A stretch of DNA of 64,000 nucleotides from contig JAEOTP010000043.1 in assembly GCA_016839765.1 (NCBI GenBank), positions 1 to 64,000 on the forward strand. Direction: 5' to 3'. The stretch comes from Promethearchaeota archaeon. Lineage in GTDB: Archaea; Asgardarchaeota; Lokiarchaeia; Sigyniarchaeales; SOKP01. How positions within the stretch are numbered: the first letter of the stretch is position 1; each line of letters begins with the position of its first letter. Made by a program: the position numbers and the translations under genes. This document shows positions 51,965 to 62,963 of the stretch, piece after piece. The notes under the pieces were generated by a model. That model saw only the letters and a program-made list of their open reading frames with translations, did not search any database and had not been told where the DNA came from.

Positions 51965-52155
51965 TTTTTATATCTCTTTTTTTTAGATTTTTTTTGGTTT
52001 CATCTTTGAGTAACCCATATTCTTTATTAAAAGGTTTTTTAGACCAATTTTTAGTTAATATAGTAAAAGTATTTAGATATTTATAACAGAAAGTTAGAAC
52101 TTTTTTAGTTAAGAAATTTTTACTATATTTTTTTTAAAGGAATCATTTTTAATTT

Positions 52156-52758
52156 TTGATGGAAGTACTTTTCTTCATTAAATCTAGCAGTGTAGACATT
52201 ACAAATTATACAATTAAAGATATTCCTGGTTCATCCGGAAGATTAGATGTAATTTCTAGATGTATTCTTGCTGCCTTATTGAACCTAAAAGGATTTAATA
52301 ATAATATCCAAATTTGGGTATTTTTAGAAAAATATGGTACTTTTATATTTAACCCTGAATCATTTGATGAGGAGGTATTTCCAAAAAATGAAATTCTACT
52401 TACAGAATATTTTGTAGATTTAATCCTAAATAGAGCAGGTCAGCTAAGGTATAGTAAAAACCCTTTAAAAAGGATTAAATACATTAATCAAGATATCTTT
52501 AATACATTGAAAGCCTATAAAAAGCAAAAATATTCTATATATGTTCTAGACGAGAGTGGACAAGATTTCTTTAAATACATAAAAGAGATATCATCACAAG
52601 AGCACATTATTTTCGTTATTGGCAGTCAAACAGGTGAAATATTAAAATCAATAGAATTGATTGAGTTAAATCTACCAAATTTAAGTTTAGGAACTCAATC
52701 ATATTTAGCTTCTTCCGTAATTCGATTAATAAGATTAAATTTAAAGTTATTAATATGA
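52156..52758 (+). CDS. trmY: tRNA pseudouridine-54 N1-methyltransferase (SPOUT)
   Basis: DIPGSSGRLDVISRC, FVIG and LSLG..YLAS motifs. Confidence 0.8.
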   Translation: MMEVLFFIKSSSVDITNYTIKDIPGSSGRLDVISRCILAALLNLKGFNNNIQIWVFLEKYGTFIFNPESFDEEVFPKNEILLTEYFVDLILNRAGQLRYSKNPLKRIKYINQDIFNTLKAYKKQKYSIYVLDESGQDFFKYIKEISSQEHIIFVIGSQTGEILKSIELIELNLPNLSLGTQSYLASSVIRLIRLNLKLLI

Positions 52759-52774
52759 AAAATTTTTTATTTTA

Positions 52775-53506
52775 ATGAATGTTAAAATTATAATATCTCT
52801 AAATTCGAAAGCGGCAATAAAAGTGAGTGAAAAAGAAAAAGCGAATATCAAGAGACAAAATCAAAGAAAGCTACTTGATAAATTTATTGATCATCCAGTG
52901 AGGCTTTTAATTAAGCATAATGTCTCTCCTAATTCTCTTTCTTTTATTGGTTTTATATTTTCTATTGCTGCTGCTTTTTTTATTTCAATTGGGGGGCTCC
53001 ACTTTCCAATATGGTCGGCTTGGATTGTACCTTTTCTAATGTTTTGGGCTGGAGCTTTTGATGTTTTTGATGGGGAAGTTGCTAGAAGAACTGGTCATAA
53101 TTCAAGAGCCGGAGCATTCCTAGATTCAAATTTAGATAGATTATCTGATGCTGTAATTATTTTAGGTTTGATATTTGGAAATTTAATCGATTATCTATGG
53201 GGTTATATCCTTCTCTTTTTAGTAATAATGATTTCTTATATAAGAGCGCGCGCTGAAAATATGGGAATTGAAATGGAAGGGGTAGGATTTATGGAAAGAG
53301 CTGAAAGACTTATAATTTTGTGGTTCGCTTTTATTACTGAGTTTTGGATCTTTTATTTATCTAATCTTATATATGGCTCTCATTTCAAAGAATTTTTTCC
53401 TATTTTCATTATAATATATACAGGATTACTTGTTTTTACCATCCTCCAGAGGCTTTTATATTCATTTAAATCGTTGCATGAAATTGATAAAGAAAAATTG
53501 AAATAA
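52775..53506 (+). CDS. pgsA: CDP-alcohol phosphatidyltransferase (archaetidylinositol-phosphate synthase-like)
   Basis: DVFDGEVARRTG..GAFLDSNLDRLSD, SYIRARAE and GFMERAER motifs. Confidence 0.88.
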   Translation: MNVKIIISLNSKAAIKVSEKEKANIKRQNQRKLLDKFIDHPVRLLIKHNVSPNSLSFIGFIFSIAAAFFISIGGLHFPIWSAWIVPFLMFWAGAFDVFDGEVARRTGHNSRAGAFLDSNLDRLSDAVIILGLIFGNLIDYLWGYILLFLVIMISYIRARAENMGIEMEGVGFMERAERLIILWFAFITEFWIFYLSNLIYGSHFKEFFPIFIIIYTGLLVFTILQRLLYSFKSLHEIDKEKLK

Positions 53507-53646
53507 AGAAGTTCTTCTAAAACAATACATTAAAATCACTCGATATTGTTGAAAATTTGAGAGAAAGAATAAATTTTTTAAGCTTTATCTTATTCAAATA
53601 ATTAGAACTAATTTCATCTAAAACGATACTAAAAAGGCTGATTTTA

Positions 53647-53919
53647 ATTCCTAAAAAGAGAAAAAGTGGCGGTAAAAGCGGTTCAAGTAAAGGTCAACAC
53701 TCAAAAGTTCAGTGTGCTAAATGTGGGCGCTTTGTTGCTCGAAGTAAAGCTAAAGCTGTGACAAGAAGAGTACCATTAGTAGATGGAAGAATGTATACAG
53801 AGCTTAAAAAATCTGGAACAATTATTCAAGCTCCCACTAAAACGAAATACTATTGTATTAGCTGTGCTATTCATTCTCATCAGATAAGTCAACGAGATAA
53901 GAGTTTAAGGAAAGATTAA
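53647..53919 (+). CDS. rps26e: Ribosomal protein eS26 (missing from the ORF track; ATT start)
   Basis: Translated by hand: (ATT)PKKRKSGGKSGSSKGQHSKVQCAKCGRFVARSKAK...YYCISCAIHSHQISQRDKSLRKD*. Confidence 0.93.
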   Translation: MPKKRKSGGKSGSSKGQHSKVQCAKCGRFVARSKAKAVTRRVPLVDGRMYTELKKSGTIIQAPTKTKYYCISCAIHSHQISQRDKSLRKD

Positions 53920-53920
53920 G

Positions 53921-55915
53921 CTATAAATTAAGTGCTTTAAAGAACGAGGGTAAGGAGTATATTATTTCACAACCATTTTTACCTAAAACTTCAATTATCG
54001 CACGTATTAAGAAACTATCTTTTAACTCATCTGTGGGATTATATATTTTGACTTTTGCATTTGATTTTAATTTTAAAGAATAATTTTCGGCAATTCCAGT
54101 AAGATTATCATCAGTTCTTACAATTATCCCTAATAACCCTAACTCATAATGAGATACAATGAATAAATATTGAATCTCCTTTTCAGTATCTAGTTTTTCA
54201 AAATGAACAACTTCCAAATAATCTTCTTGAAGCTCTTTAGGTAATTTAAGGAATTGTATATGTGTTTTTTTTCCAGATATGTATGGAAAGGGAGTGTAGA
54301 ATAAAATGTTAAAGCTTGAAATTTTTTTAATCTGTTCATTATACTTCTCAATGTTTTTCACGGAATAAGCTTTGTCTAATAATAAATCCAATTTATCAAC
54401 CATCATGTCTTCTGCTGAATATCCGTTCACTACGGTTGCAATATATGCTCTTTTTAATTTTTCAATCAGAATGTCACTTCTAACTTTCAGTTTATAATCA
54501 ATACTAATTTCTAAAGCTTCATTATAAAGGTTTGCAGCAAGTTGCGAATGACCCAGGGCTAGGAAATAATCTCCCAATTCACCAAAAACGATTATTGCAT
54601 CTAAAAAGTTTTTTTCAAAATCCATATTTGAAACTTCTTCCATTATTCCCATCGCAGTTTTAGTCTCCTTTCCTTGAATATATAATGCAATAGCTTTACC
54701 TATTAGACATTTCAATTTTAGTTTATCATCCTTATAAATATCTGCTAGTTCTTCAGTAAAATTATAAGCCATAATTGCATTATCGTAAAGTCCATGAAAC
54801 AGTAGGATAAGTGCTTTAACATAATTTAGAGTTAAGCATGTTTGGTGATTATGTATTATGGTTGAGAATAATGCAGCTCTTTCAAGTGAATCTATAGCCG
54901 TGTTAACTCTTCCTAAGGAGACTAAAATAAAAGCCCGTAAAAACTCCATCTTAGATATCTCAGAGCAAATGAGAGATTCTACAATCTCATAACTTCTTAG
55001 TTTAGTTAATTCCCCCGCTGCTAACTGTAATAATGAAATTAAAAATCTATTACCTTTTTTTAAAAGCTTAGCAGCCTCATTAGATTCATTTTTAACAATA
55101 GATTCACGCGCTCTCTTAAGATATTCTCTTGAAATCTTTAAATTTTCTAAAAAATTTTGAATTTCATGAATTTTTTCTTCCTCACTCAAAGGTAATTTTT
55201 GATCTTCAATAAATTTTTCTGCAATAGCGATTTCTTGAGGATATTTGCTAACTCCGATTTCAAATTTCATTTGTTCCTCTCTTTTATCAAGAGAATGAAC
55301 GTCTTGAGTTAATATAGAGTCTTGAGTAACATTTATAGCTTTTTCGATTAACCATTGTATTTTCTGTTCAGCAGGGTAAACATGGGCTCGTTCTATCATA
55401 TAATGTAAAGTATAATTCAAACTTTTTCTCCATAAAGTCTTAAAATAATTTCTCATTTGTTTATTCGGTATTGTCCTATTGATTTTAAGGAGAAAGCTTG
55501 AAAGAGATAAAATATTGACTTTATTTTTCAAGATAGATGCCGTATTTTTTGCTAATTTAAAATCATCTGTAACTATATGTATAGTCGAATCGTCATCCAT
55601 CAATCTTTCACTCAAAGCTATTAATGACAAATCAGGATCTTGAGCAGGGAACTTGATGTTCGATTTGTTTAACTCGTCCTTTATCATCTGAATTTCGGAT
55701 CGCAAAATTTTTTCAATATTTATAAAAGCTTTAAATCTTTCTTTAAAAGTATGAGGTGCTTTAATCTCGTTAAATACCCTTTCGGAAATATAATAATCAA
55801 GTCCTAATTCCTTTCCTGCATGGTCTAAATTTTTCAAAAAGTTCTTAGCTCTGATTGAGATGGCACAAATAAAAAAATTAGCATCGAAGACGATCCTTTC
55901 TTTTGTTTCAACCAT
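53921..55915 (-). CDS. PIN-domain (Nob1-like) nuclease fused to TPR-like repeats
   Basis: VFDANFF, DPDLSLIAL and IVTDDF acidic PIN motifs; TPR-like LGDYFLALGHSQLAANLYNEAL. Confidence 0.7.
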   Translation of the reverse strand: MVETKERIVFDANFFICAISIRAKNFLKNLDHAGKELGLDYYISERVFNEIKAPHTFKERFKAFINIEKILRSEIQMIKDELNKSNIKFPAQDPDLSLIALSERLMDDDSTIHIVTDDFKLAKNTASILKNKVNILSLSSFLLKINRTIPNKQMRNYFKTLWRKSLNYTLHYMIERAHVYPAEQKIQWLIEKAINVTQDSILTQDVHSLDKREEQMKFEIGVSKYPQEIAIAEKFIEDQKLPLSEEEKIHEIQNFLENLKISREYLKRARESIVKNESNEAAKLLKKGNRFLISLLQLAAGELTKLRSYEIVESLICSEISKMEFLRAFILVSLGRVNTAIDSLERAALFSTIIHNHQTCLTLNYVKALILLFHGLYDNAIMAYNFTEELADIYKDDKLKLKCLIGKAIALYIQGKETKTAMGIMEEVSNMDFEKNFLDAIIVFGELGDYFLALGHSQLAANLYNEALEISIDYKLKVRSDILIEKLKRAYIATVVNGYSAEDMMVDKLDLLLDKAYSVKNIEKYNEQIKKISSFNILFYTPFPYISGKKTHIQFLKLPKELQEDYLEVVHFEKLDTEKEIQYLFIVSHYELGLLGIIVRTDDNLTGIAENYSLKLKSNAKVKIYNPTDELKDSFLIRAIIEVLGKNGCEIIYSLPSFFKALNL

Positions 55916-56109
55916 AATTTAAAATTTTCAACAAATAATTTTTACTAAATTCATGAAAAAAAATTTTAACAATTATATTATAGATTAATTGTTTATATTG
56001 TTTTATTATGATTATTGAGGCTTCAATTTTTTTAGAACTGGAAAATTAAAAAATGAGAATTAATTGAATGGATTATCTTTTGATACTTAATATAATTATG
56101 TGAATTTTA

Positions 56110-56613
56110 ATGAAAATTATAAGTGTTATTGGTTATTCTGGAACTGGCAAAACTTTCTTAATAGTAAAGGCCATTATTTTATTAAAGCAACAGTTAAACT
56201 ATAACTGTTCAGTAATTAAAAATATTCATGAGCATAGAATAGATACACAGGGAAAAGATTCATATAAATTTACCGATGTTGGTGCTCAATATTCTATATC
56301 TAGAAATAAATTCAATGAAAATGTTATCTTCATTAAAAAGGATATTGAAATTCATAATATAATTGAATGGGTTGATGATGGTCCGTTAAAAACAGATGTA
56401 TTATTCATTGAAGGATTTAGAAATTTATCTTTTCCAACAATACTTTGTATAAATGATTTATCAGAAATCAAACCTCAGTTAACTAATCAGGTTAAAATGA
56501 TATCTGGTTTAATTACAACTAAACCAAGCGAACTTCAGGAAGAAAAAGGGATTCCAATAATAGATATTCATAAGGAATTTGACAAATTTCTGAATATTTT
56601 TAAATTAATATAG
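56110..56613 (+). CDS. mobB: Molybdopterin-guanine dinucleotide biosynthesis protein B
   Basis: IGYSGTGKT, DTQGKDSYKF and IEGFR motifs. Confidence 0.88.
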   Translation: MKIISVIGYSGTGKTFLIVKAIILLKQQLNYNCSVIKNIHEHRIDTQGKDSYKFTDVGAQYSISRNKFNENVIFIKKDIEIHNIIEWVDDGPLKTDVLFIEGFRNLSFPTILCINDLSEIKPQLTNQVKMISGLITTKPSELQEEKGIPIIDIHKEFDKFLNIFKLI

Positions 56614-56637
56614 TATTGTAAAAGGTAAAGGGAAGAT

Positions 56638-58575
56638 CTAGGATTTATGCCAATAAGGTGTAAGTTGTTGACACATTAGTTTGAAGTTTTCTTTTACATC
56701 CTTATTCTTATTAGAAATTTGGTCTAAAAAATATTTGTTTAATTTAGAATAAATCTCATTTTTATCTTTTGGATTTTTAATTAATAATCTAATTTCAGAT
56801 ATAAAGTCATTTAATGGGGAAATAAGCTCATTTATTAACCATTCTTCAAATGTAATTTGATCTTTGTAGGATATGAAATTGTAAGTTATAACAAATCTAG
56901 CGATATCCGTAAAATTATAAAATTTTTCGTCGAATTTTGATGAATGAACTTCAACTTTATATGACTTTAAATCTTCCATTAAGTAATTTCTATTCATACT
57001 AATAATATAATCTGGCCAAACATCATCTGATACGTTTAGATCCTGGAAAATGAATAATTCTAATACTCTTAAAGCGATATTTTTACCAATATATCTACTT
57101 CGAGGGTCAATAAAATTTTTAGATGCTTGGTTTGGATTAGTTTTAATGAATATTTTATCAATTAATGTATATAACATACGACAAACGTGATCTATTATAA
57201 TTGTGAATGAAAAAGGTTTATTTCCAGGATTTTCTGCTATTGATTTATTTTCTTGATCGATTAATGATAAAATCCTCAAATTTAAACTCCTAAGGAAGGT
57301 TTTAAAAAACTCATAATTTAAATGATTAATTTGTTTATGGAAAATTTTCTCAAAAAGTAGATCAAAATTATCAAAATTAGAAATGATTGAAAAGTAATCT
57401 AGAAAAACTTCAATGTCTTTAATAGCAGATGCATTAATTAGGTTTTTTAATTTTTTATTGCTTTGATTCAATTTTGATTTAAATTCTTTGGGTAAAAATA
57501 GCAAATCACCAACTTCAAACGCTTCTAAACTTCCACTACCAAAATAATACTTCATATATAGTAAGAATAAATTAAATTGCGATTTCACCGATGGTAAATT
57601 ATTCGCTTGAAAGGTGGAATATAAAGTGGATTTTTTATCAATAAAGTCGAATATTTTAATAAGAGCATTCTTCTTTTCTTCTGTGTAATTAAAATTCGCT
57701 AAAAAATCTCTTTTTATAACATCAATTTTTGAAAAAACTGAATCTTCAACACGCGCACAAACGAAATTTAAGAAATCTAATAATGGAGAAAAATTTTGTA
57801 ATAAATTACATTTTTTATAAAAATAATATAATAAATCTACCAATTTCTCTTTAGCAAATGGATATTCTTCCAAAGCAATTTGATATAGTCTTTCTCTTCC
57901 TTGTAATAATCTCTCATAATATTCATCTGGGATCCCTTTAAAATGTTTTAGAAAGTAATAAAGAAACATATAGTAATAACTTTCGAACATTTCATCATGG
58001 CTGTTCTTAATCACAATTAAAAAGTTGATAGTATTATTAACTTCACCATTTTTTATTACAGCCCCATCCAGGATTATATGAAACTTTTCTTGGAGTAGTT
58101 TTCTTAAAACAACTCCTAGTATTGAAACAATCAAATAAATATATCCGAAAGGTGAGGTTATACCATTGATATTGTTATTAGTTTTTCTCTTGAATTCATT
58201 AAAGTATTCTAGTTCTTCATTTGACAAAGAATAATTATATTCCAGAAATACAGTATCTTCTGATATTTTTTCTTTAATTACTAAATCTAAAGAATTGATA
58301 TTAAAACCACAAAAATTTAGTAAAAAATACTTAAAATACTCATGAAACTTTTGATAAAAAAATGAACTATATGTTTTGGTAATAATTCTTCTCTGATTCT
58401 TTATTCTAAACTCGTCCCATTCCGATTTGATTTCTTGTTTAAATTTGTTAAATTTATCTTCATTTTGGTTTAAAATGTCAAAAAAAATGTTTGAAGTGAG
58501 TTTAAGAGTAAATCTATCTCCCTTAAAATTTTCCCTTATTAATTCTAAAATATTACTTAATTCTATATTTTCCAA
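56638..58575 (-). CDS. Hypothetical alpha-helical protein
   Basis: 645-aa ORF with no recognised motif. Confidence 0.7.
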   Translation of the reverse strand: MENIELSNILELIRENFKGDRFTLKLTSNIFFDILNQNEDKFNKFKQEIKSEWDEFRIKNQRRIITKTYSSFFYQKFHEYFKYFLLNFCGFNINSLDLVIKEKISEDTVFLEYNYSLSNEELEYFNEFKRKTNNNINGITSPFGYIYLIVSILGVVLRKLLQEKFHIILDGAVIKNGEVNNTINFLIVIKNSHDEMFESYYYMFLYYFLKHFKGIPDEYYERLLQGRERLYQIALEEYPFAKEKLVDLLYYFYKKCNLLQNFSPLLDFLNFVCARVEDSVFSKIDVIKRDFLANFNYTEEKKNALIKIFDFIDKKSTLYSTFQANNLPSVKSQFNLFLLYMKYYFGSGSLEAFEVGDLLFLPKEFKSKLNQSNKKLKNLINASAIKDIEVFLDYFSIISNFDNFDLLFEKIFHKQINHLNYEFFKTFLRSLNLRILSLIDQENKSIAENPGNKPFSFTIIIDHVCRMLYTLIDKIFIKTNPNQASKNFIDPRSRYIGKNIALRVLELFIFQDLNVSDDVWPDYIISMNRNYLMEDLKSYKVEVHSSKFDEKFYNFTDIARFVITYNFISYKDQITFEEWLINELISPLNDFISEIRLLIKNPKDKNEIYSKLNKYFLDQISNKNKDVKENFKLMCQQLTPYWHKS

Positions 58576-58854
58576 ATTTACCCCAATTCAAACTTAAAAT
58601 AATAACGCTATTATCTAATAACCCTTAATAATATACCAAAGGTATATAAATACAATGAAAATTAGGAAATAAAAATGTTAACTTCGTAATTAAAGTTTCA
58701 CGAAATTTCTATTTAGAGGTGTTTTTTAGGCGATTTATACTAATAACATAAGTGGTGCATTGTTTAATTACAGAAGGAGTGAACATTTAATTAATTTTAA
58801 TTATTACTTCATAGAAATAGATAGATCATTAAAGAAATAAACGGATACTTGTTT

Positions 58855-59895
58855 TTAATTAAAGATTTTTGTTATTTCATCAATTTCAGAATAAGTAAAG
58901 GGTTTTTTGATCCCTTCTTTATCTATAATTACGTTTTTTTGATTCTCAGTGGTAAATTTGCCAATAATTTCAGCCGTTACCTTTTTTTTTTTTAAAAATT
59001 CAACTAAATCCAATGCATATTCATTTTTAATTGAAATAAGTAGTGATCCAGAAGATATAGTACCCATTGGGTTTAAATTAAATACTTTACTTAACTCTAA
59101 TGGCTCTGGTAAAATTAATATTTTTTCTTTTTCCACTAAAACTCCTTTATTTGATGCAATAGTCAGTTCGGCAATACCTGTAGAAAGACCTCCTTCTGTA
59201 GGATCGTGCATTGCATTTATTTTAAAGTTTTTATTAGCTAAAAGGGCTTCATTAAAAATACTAATACCAGGATTAAATAGGTAATTTTTGCATTTATCTA
59301 TGAAATTTTTATTATATCCCTTCTGTAATAAAAGATCTTCTTTTTCTCTCCCAATGATCGAAGTTCCTTCAATAAAAATGCCTTTTGTTAAAATTAGTGA
59401 ATCATTTGGTAATACACCAGAAGATTTTACTAATTTTTCTTTTTCAACCTCTCCCAACAAGGATCCTATTACAATTGGCCTGTCAATTCCAACGGTCACC
59501 TCAGTATGGCCTCCTATCACTGATATATCTAATGAATCACATGTATCATGAATACTTTTGAAAATTTCCTCTATTAATTCTTCGTTAGTTCTTTTTTCTG
59601 GTAATAAAATAGTTGATTGAAACCATTTGGGGGTAGCTCCAGTGCATACTACATCATTAACATTAATAATTACAGAATAATAACCTATCTCGTCTGTAGC
59701 AAAAGTAATAGGATCAGTTTTTGCAACTAGATATATATCTCCCATATCAATAACAGCTGCGTCTTCACCAATTTTAGAGCCTAAAATTATCCTTTTATCT
59801 TTATTTTCAAAATCTGTAACAAAATCCTTAAGGATATTATTCAAGAATTTATGTTTTATTTTTCCAATGCTAAAAAATCTATTAGTTTTTTCCAT
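58855..59895 (-). CDS. AIR synthase-related (HypE/PurM superfamily) protein
   Basis: IGEDAAV, TDPIT, NVNDV, GGHTE and MHDPTEGG motifs. Confidence 0.88.
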   Translation of the reverse strand: MEKTNRFFSIGKIKHKFLNNILKDFVTDFENKDKRIILGSKIGEDAAVIDMGDIYLVAKTDPITFATDEIGYYSVIINVNDVVCTGATPKWFQSTILLPEKRTNEELIEEIFKSIHDTCDSLDISVIGGHTEVTVGIDRPIVIGSLLGEVEKEKLVKSSGVLPNDSLILTKGIFIEGTSIIGREKEDLLLQKGYNKNFIDKCKNYLFNPGISIFNEALLANKNFKINAMHDPTEGGLSTGIAELTIASNKGVLVEKEKILILPEPLELSKVFNLNPMGTISSGSLLISIKNEYALDLVEFLKKKKVTAEIIGKFTTENQKNVIIDKEGIKKPFTYSEIDEITKIFN

Positions 59896-60039
59896 TTATT
59901 TACAACTCTTATAAGAAGGGAAGGAGAGTTTTTTTATTGAATAGGTTTAAATTATTATTCTAATCAAACAGTTAGATACAATATTTAGAATTAAGTAAAA
60001 ACAATATTTGGTCTTAAATAAATTTAAATACTTATAAAA

Positions 60040-60609
60040 TTGTATTTATACATAAATTCATTTATAAAGCTTATAAAGAGACTGACAAAAATGGGTTTTG
60101 GTAAAGCATTCGGATTTAGTTTACTAGCATATATAGGTTTAAATTTTCTATTTTTAATAATTGCTTATACTATAAGTGGAGAGCTAAATTTACTTTTTCA
60201 AGCTATTTCAAATCAACCACTAATACTTTTTGGATTGTTTTTAGGACCAATATATTTTTTCCCAGGATTAAATATATTGGGAATTTATTCATCAATCGCA
60301 ATAGGATCAACACCAGACGTACTAATCCTTGCTATTGGATCTGTGGTTTCTCCTTTTGTAGCATCGCTTATTGCCGGTAAAATGGGAGAAAATAAAGTTG
60401 GAAGTTTTGGAGGTTGGTTCGCCACAAGTATTCTCTGTTCAATAATTCTTGGAATATTTGCCTTTGTAGAACCGTTAGTATTAATCTCTTATGGCATCCC
60501 CTTTATAGATCCAACATCAACTTTTATAATATCTATAATGAGCGGAGCTGTAAGTGGAGTATTTTATGGCGCTTTTGCATTATTATTTACAAAAACAGAA
60601 TATTTTTAA
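60040..60609 (+). CDS. Multi-pass membrane protein
   Basis: About five hydrophobic helices; the likely start is the ATG at 60091. Confidence 0.7.
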   Translation: MYLYINSFIKLIKRLTKMGFGKAFGFSLLAYIGLNFLFLIIAYTISGELNLLFQAISNQPLILFGLFLGPIYFFPGLNILGIYSSIAIGSTPDVLILAIGSVVSPFVASLIAGKMGENKVGSFGGWFATSILCSIILGIFAFVEPLVLISYGIPFIDPTSTFIISIMSGAVSGVFYGAFALLFTKTEYF

Positions 60610-61012
60610 TTTTTTTTAATTCTTATTATTTTTTCTTTTTCTAGAAGTCTGAAAAATATTCAATAAATTAGTACTTTTTAGTAAATTGCTAAAAATTTCT
60701 TTTAAATTTCTCTATTTTAAAAAATTATGCTAGTTTTTATAGAGATTTTTAAGAGTATAAGAAATACCACGAATCTATTATTTTAAATATTATTATATCA
60801 AATGATATTAACTGGTTAACATTCATTACGTTGTGAAATTAATATAAGATTAACAATAGTATATGTAAAATTCGACTAATTTACTTTGAAATACAATGAT
60901 TTTGAGAAAAATAATTGATAATTTATGCGACAAAATTTCAGAAATCATTTTTTACATTATAAAAGTCTACTAAAGGCAATTTTTATATGATAATAATAAG
61001 TGATAAAAAGAT

Positions 61013-61291
61013 ATGAGCTCAGGGAAAATTCTCAATACTTACCAATTTAAAGTGAGTAATAAATTTGACTTAAGTTCAGATTTTATTTATAAGGAAGAAA
61101 ATTTGATTAGTAATCCTCTGGTTCTTGAACCATACATTAATAGTCTGGAGAATATTCTTTATAGAATAATTGAGATTCACTTTTTATTAAAGACTAATCC
61201 AAACTTATCTAATAATCAAAGATTAGATTATTGTAAAGCTGAAAGGAACTTAATGATCCAATATTTAAAAGAAGTTGTAAAAAAGGTTTAA
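61013..61291 (+). CDS. Small hypothetical protein
   Basis: 92-aa ORF with an AGTGAT SD-like sequence upstream. Confidence 0.5.
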   Translation: MSSGKILNTYQFKVSNKFDLSSDFIYKEENLISNPLVLEPYINSLENILYRIIEIHFLLKTNPNLSNNQRLDYCKAERNLMIQYLKEVVKKV

Positions 61292-61295
61292 ATAC

Positions 61296-62738
61296 CTAAT
61301 CAATTTCAAAATTATGAAATTTTAAATAGTCTATATAGTTACAATATAAAGATAAACTAATGGCAGCATCTCTTAAAGAAAAGTAATAAAGAATTCGTTC
61401 CTCATGTAATACTTTTTTAGTGGATGAAAATCTTTGTGACAATTCAAGGGAATCTGCTATGCTTGGTAAACATATTGCAAAAGGTTTATCTGTTGTTTTT
61501 TTTACCTTCACCAATCTTTTAAACACATGATTATAGATAAAATGTTGCCATAAAGGTATTATTAAAATATCAATATTAGGATCCGCTTTAACTATTTCAA
61601 TACATTCTATAAATACTTCCACTACGAAACCAAGAGCTCCTAAATCTACTGGATTTCTTATGTTTACATTCTCATATGGAAGTATATTACTGAGTTTTTC
61701 TTGCGAAGTTTGAGTTAATTCGGGCACTCTTAAATTATGGGATGAAAATAAATCTGTGGAATTTACTGAATTGCCTCCACCAGGAGTAATAATTCCAATA
61801 TTTCTCCCATTAGGAATGTGTTTGTGATATAATAATTCAAAAGTTTTTATTGCATTCCAAAATTGTTCATTATCCTTAACTAAAGTCGCACCTGTCTGTT
61901 TAGCCATTGAATTCCAAAATCTCAAATCGCTTGCAATCGCACCTGTATGGGAAAAAGTTGCACGAGAACCATCTTTCGTATATCCTCCTTTCCATATAAT
62001 TACAGGTTTTTTTATTGTTGTTTTTTTTAATTCTTCAAAAAAAATGTGCCCGTTACCTGAACCAAAAGACTCTAAGTATGCAGCTATGACTTTAGTTTTA
62101 ATATCTGAACTATAATGTTTAATGAAATCAATACAATTCAAATCTATTTGATTGCCGAATGAAACCCCATATCTAAGTCTCATATCTCTTTTAGAACTAG
62201 CTTCTATTAATTGATTTAAATGACCTCCCGATTGAGACATAAATGATATAGATCCAGGAACTACAAAAGGAGTGCTAAATGAGAATGCCATTCCTGTATC
62301 TGCGTTATAAGGCCCTAAACAATTAGGGCCAATAATCCGGGTTTCAGATCCATTAATTATATCTTTTATTTCTTGTTCTAATTGTAACCCTTCAAAATCA
62401 CCTGTTTCTGAAAATCCTGATGAAAAGATAATTACCCATGCAACTTTTTTCTCAACACATTCTTTTAAAACCTTAGGGATGATTTTTGTTTTTACAGAAA
62501 TATATACGGTATCAATGGGATAAGGTATATCTAATATTGAAGCATAACATTTCCAATCTAGAATTTTATCATACTTTGGATTAACTGGGTAAAAGGTTGT
62601 CGTCCATTTTGATTCTTTAAAAACACTTAAATACAACATTGAACCAAATTTGGAGTTTTCAGAGGCTCCAATAAAGGCTATATGCTTTGGGTAAAATAAG
62701 GTGTTAAATTTTTCAAAGTTGTATTCTGTTGAAACCAT
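61296..62738 (-). CDS. NDP-forming acyl-CoA synthetase, alpha subunit
   Basis: IAFIGAS, YPVNPK, SSGFSE, RIIGPNCLG, SQSGG, SFGNQID, SHTG and NPVDL motifs. Confidence 0.9.
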   Translation of the reverse strand: MVSTEYNFEKFNTLFYPKHIAFIGASENSKFGSMLYLSVFKESKWTTTFYPVNPKYDKILDWKCYASILDIPYPIDTVYISVKTKIIPKVLKECVEKKVAWVIIFSSGFSETGDFEGLQLEQEIKDIINGSETRIIGPNCLGPYNADTGMAFSFSTPFVVPGSISFMSQSGGHLNQLIEASSKRDMRLRYGVSFGNQIDLNCIDFIKHYSSDIKTKVIAAYLESFGSGNGHIFFEELKKTTIKKPVIIWKGGYTKDGSRATFSHTGAIASDLRFWNSMAKQTGATLVKDNEQFWNAIKTFELLYHKHIPNGRNIGIITPGGGNSVNSTDLFSSHNLRVPELTQTSQEKLSNILPYENVNIRNPVDLGALGFVVEVFIECIEIVKADPNIDILIIPLWQHFIYNHVFKRLVKVKKTTDKPFAICLPSIADSLELSQRFSSTKKVLHEERILYYFSLRDAAISLSLYCNYIDYLKFHNFEID

Positions 62739-62963
62739 TTAACTAGAAAAAATATCGAATAGTTAAATTCTTTTTGATAGAATTCAGATACAAGTTAAAA
62801 TTCATCAATAGGAGGTTTTACTTTTCGAGTTAGTTTAATATTTTAACTTAATACTATTTAGGTTTTACATATTTATGTAAAAAACCAAATTTTTAATGTT
62901 AAATATAATTAGAGTACACATAATATTTCAAAATACAATAATTAAAAATAGTGAAGTTATAGA

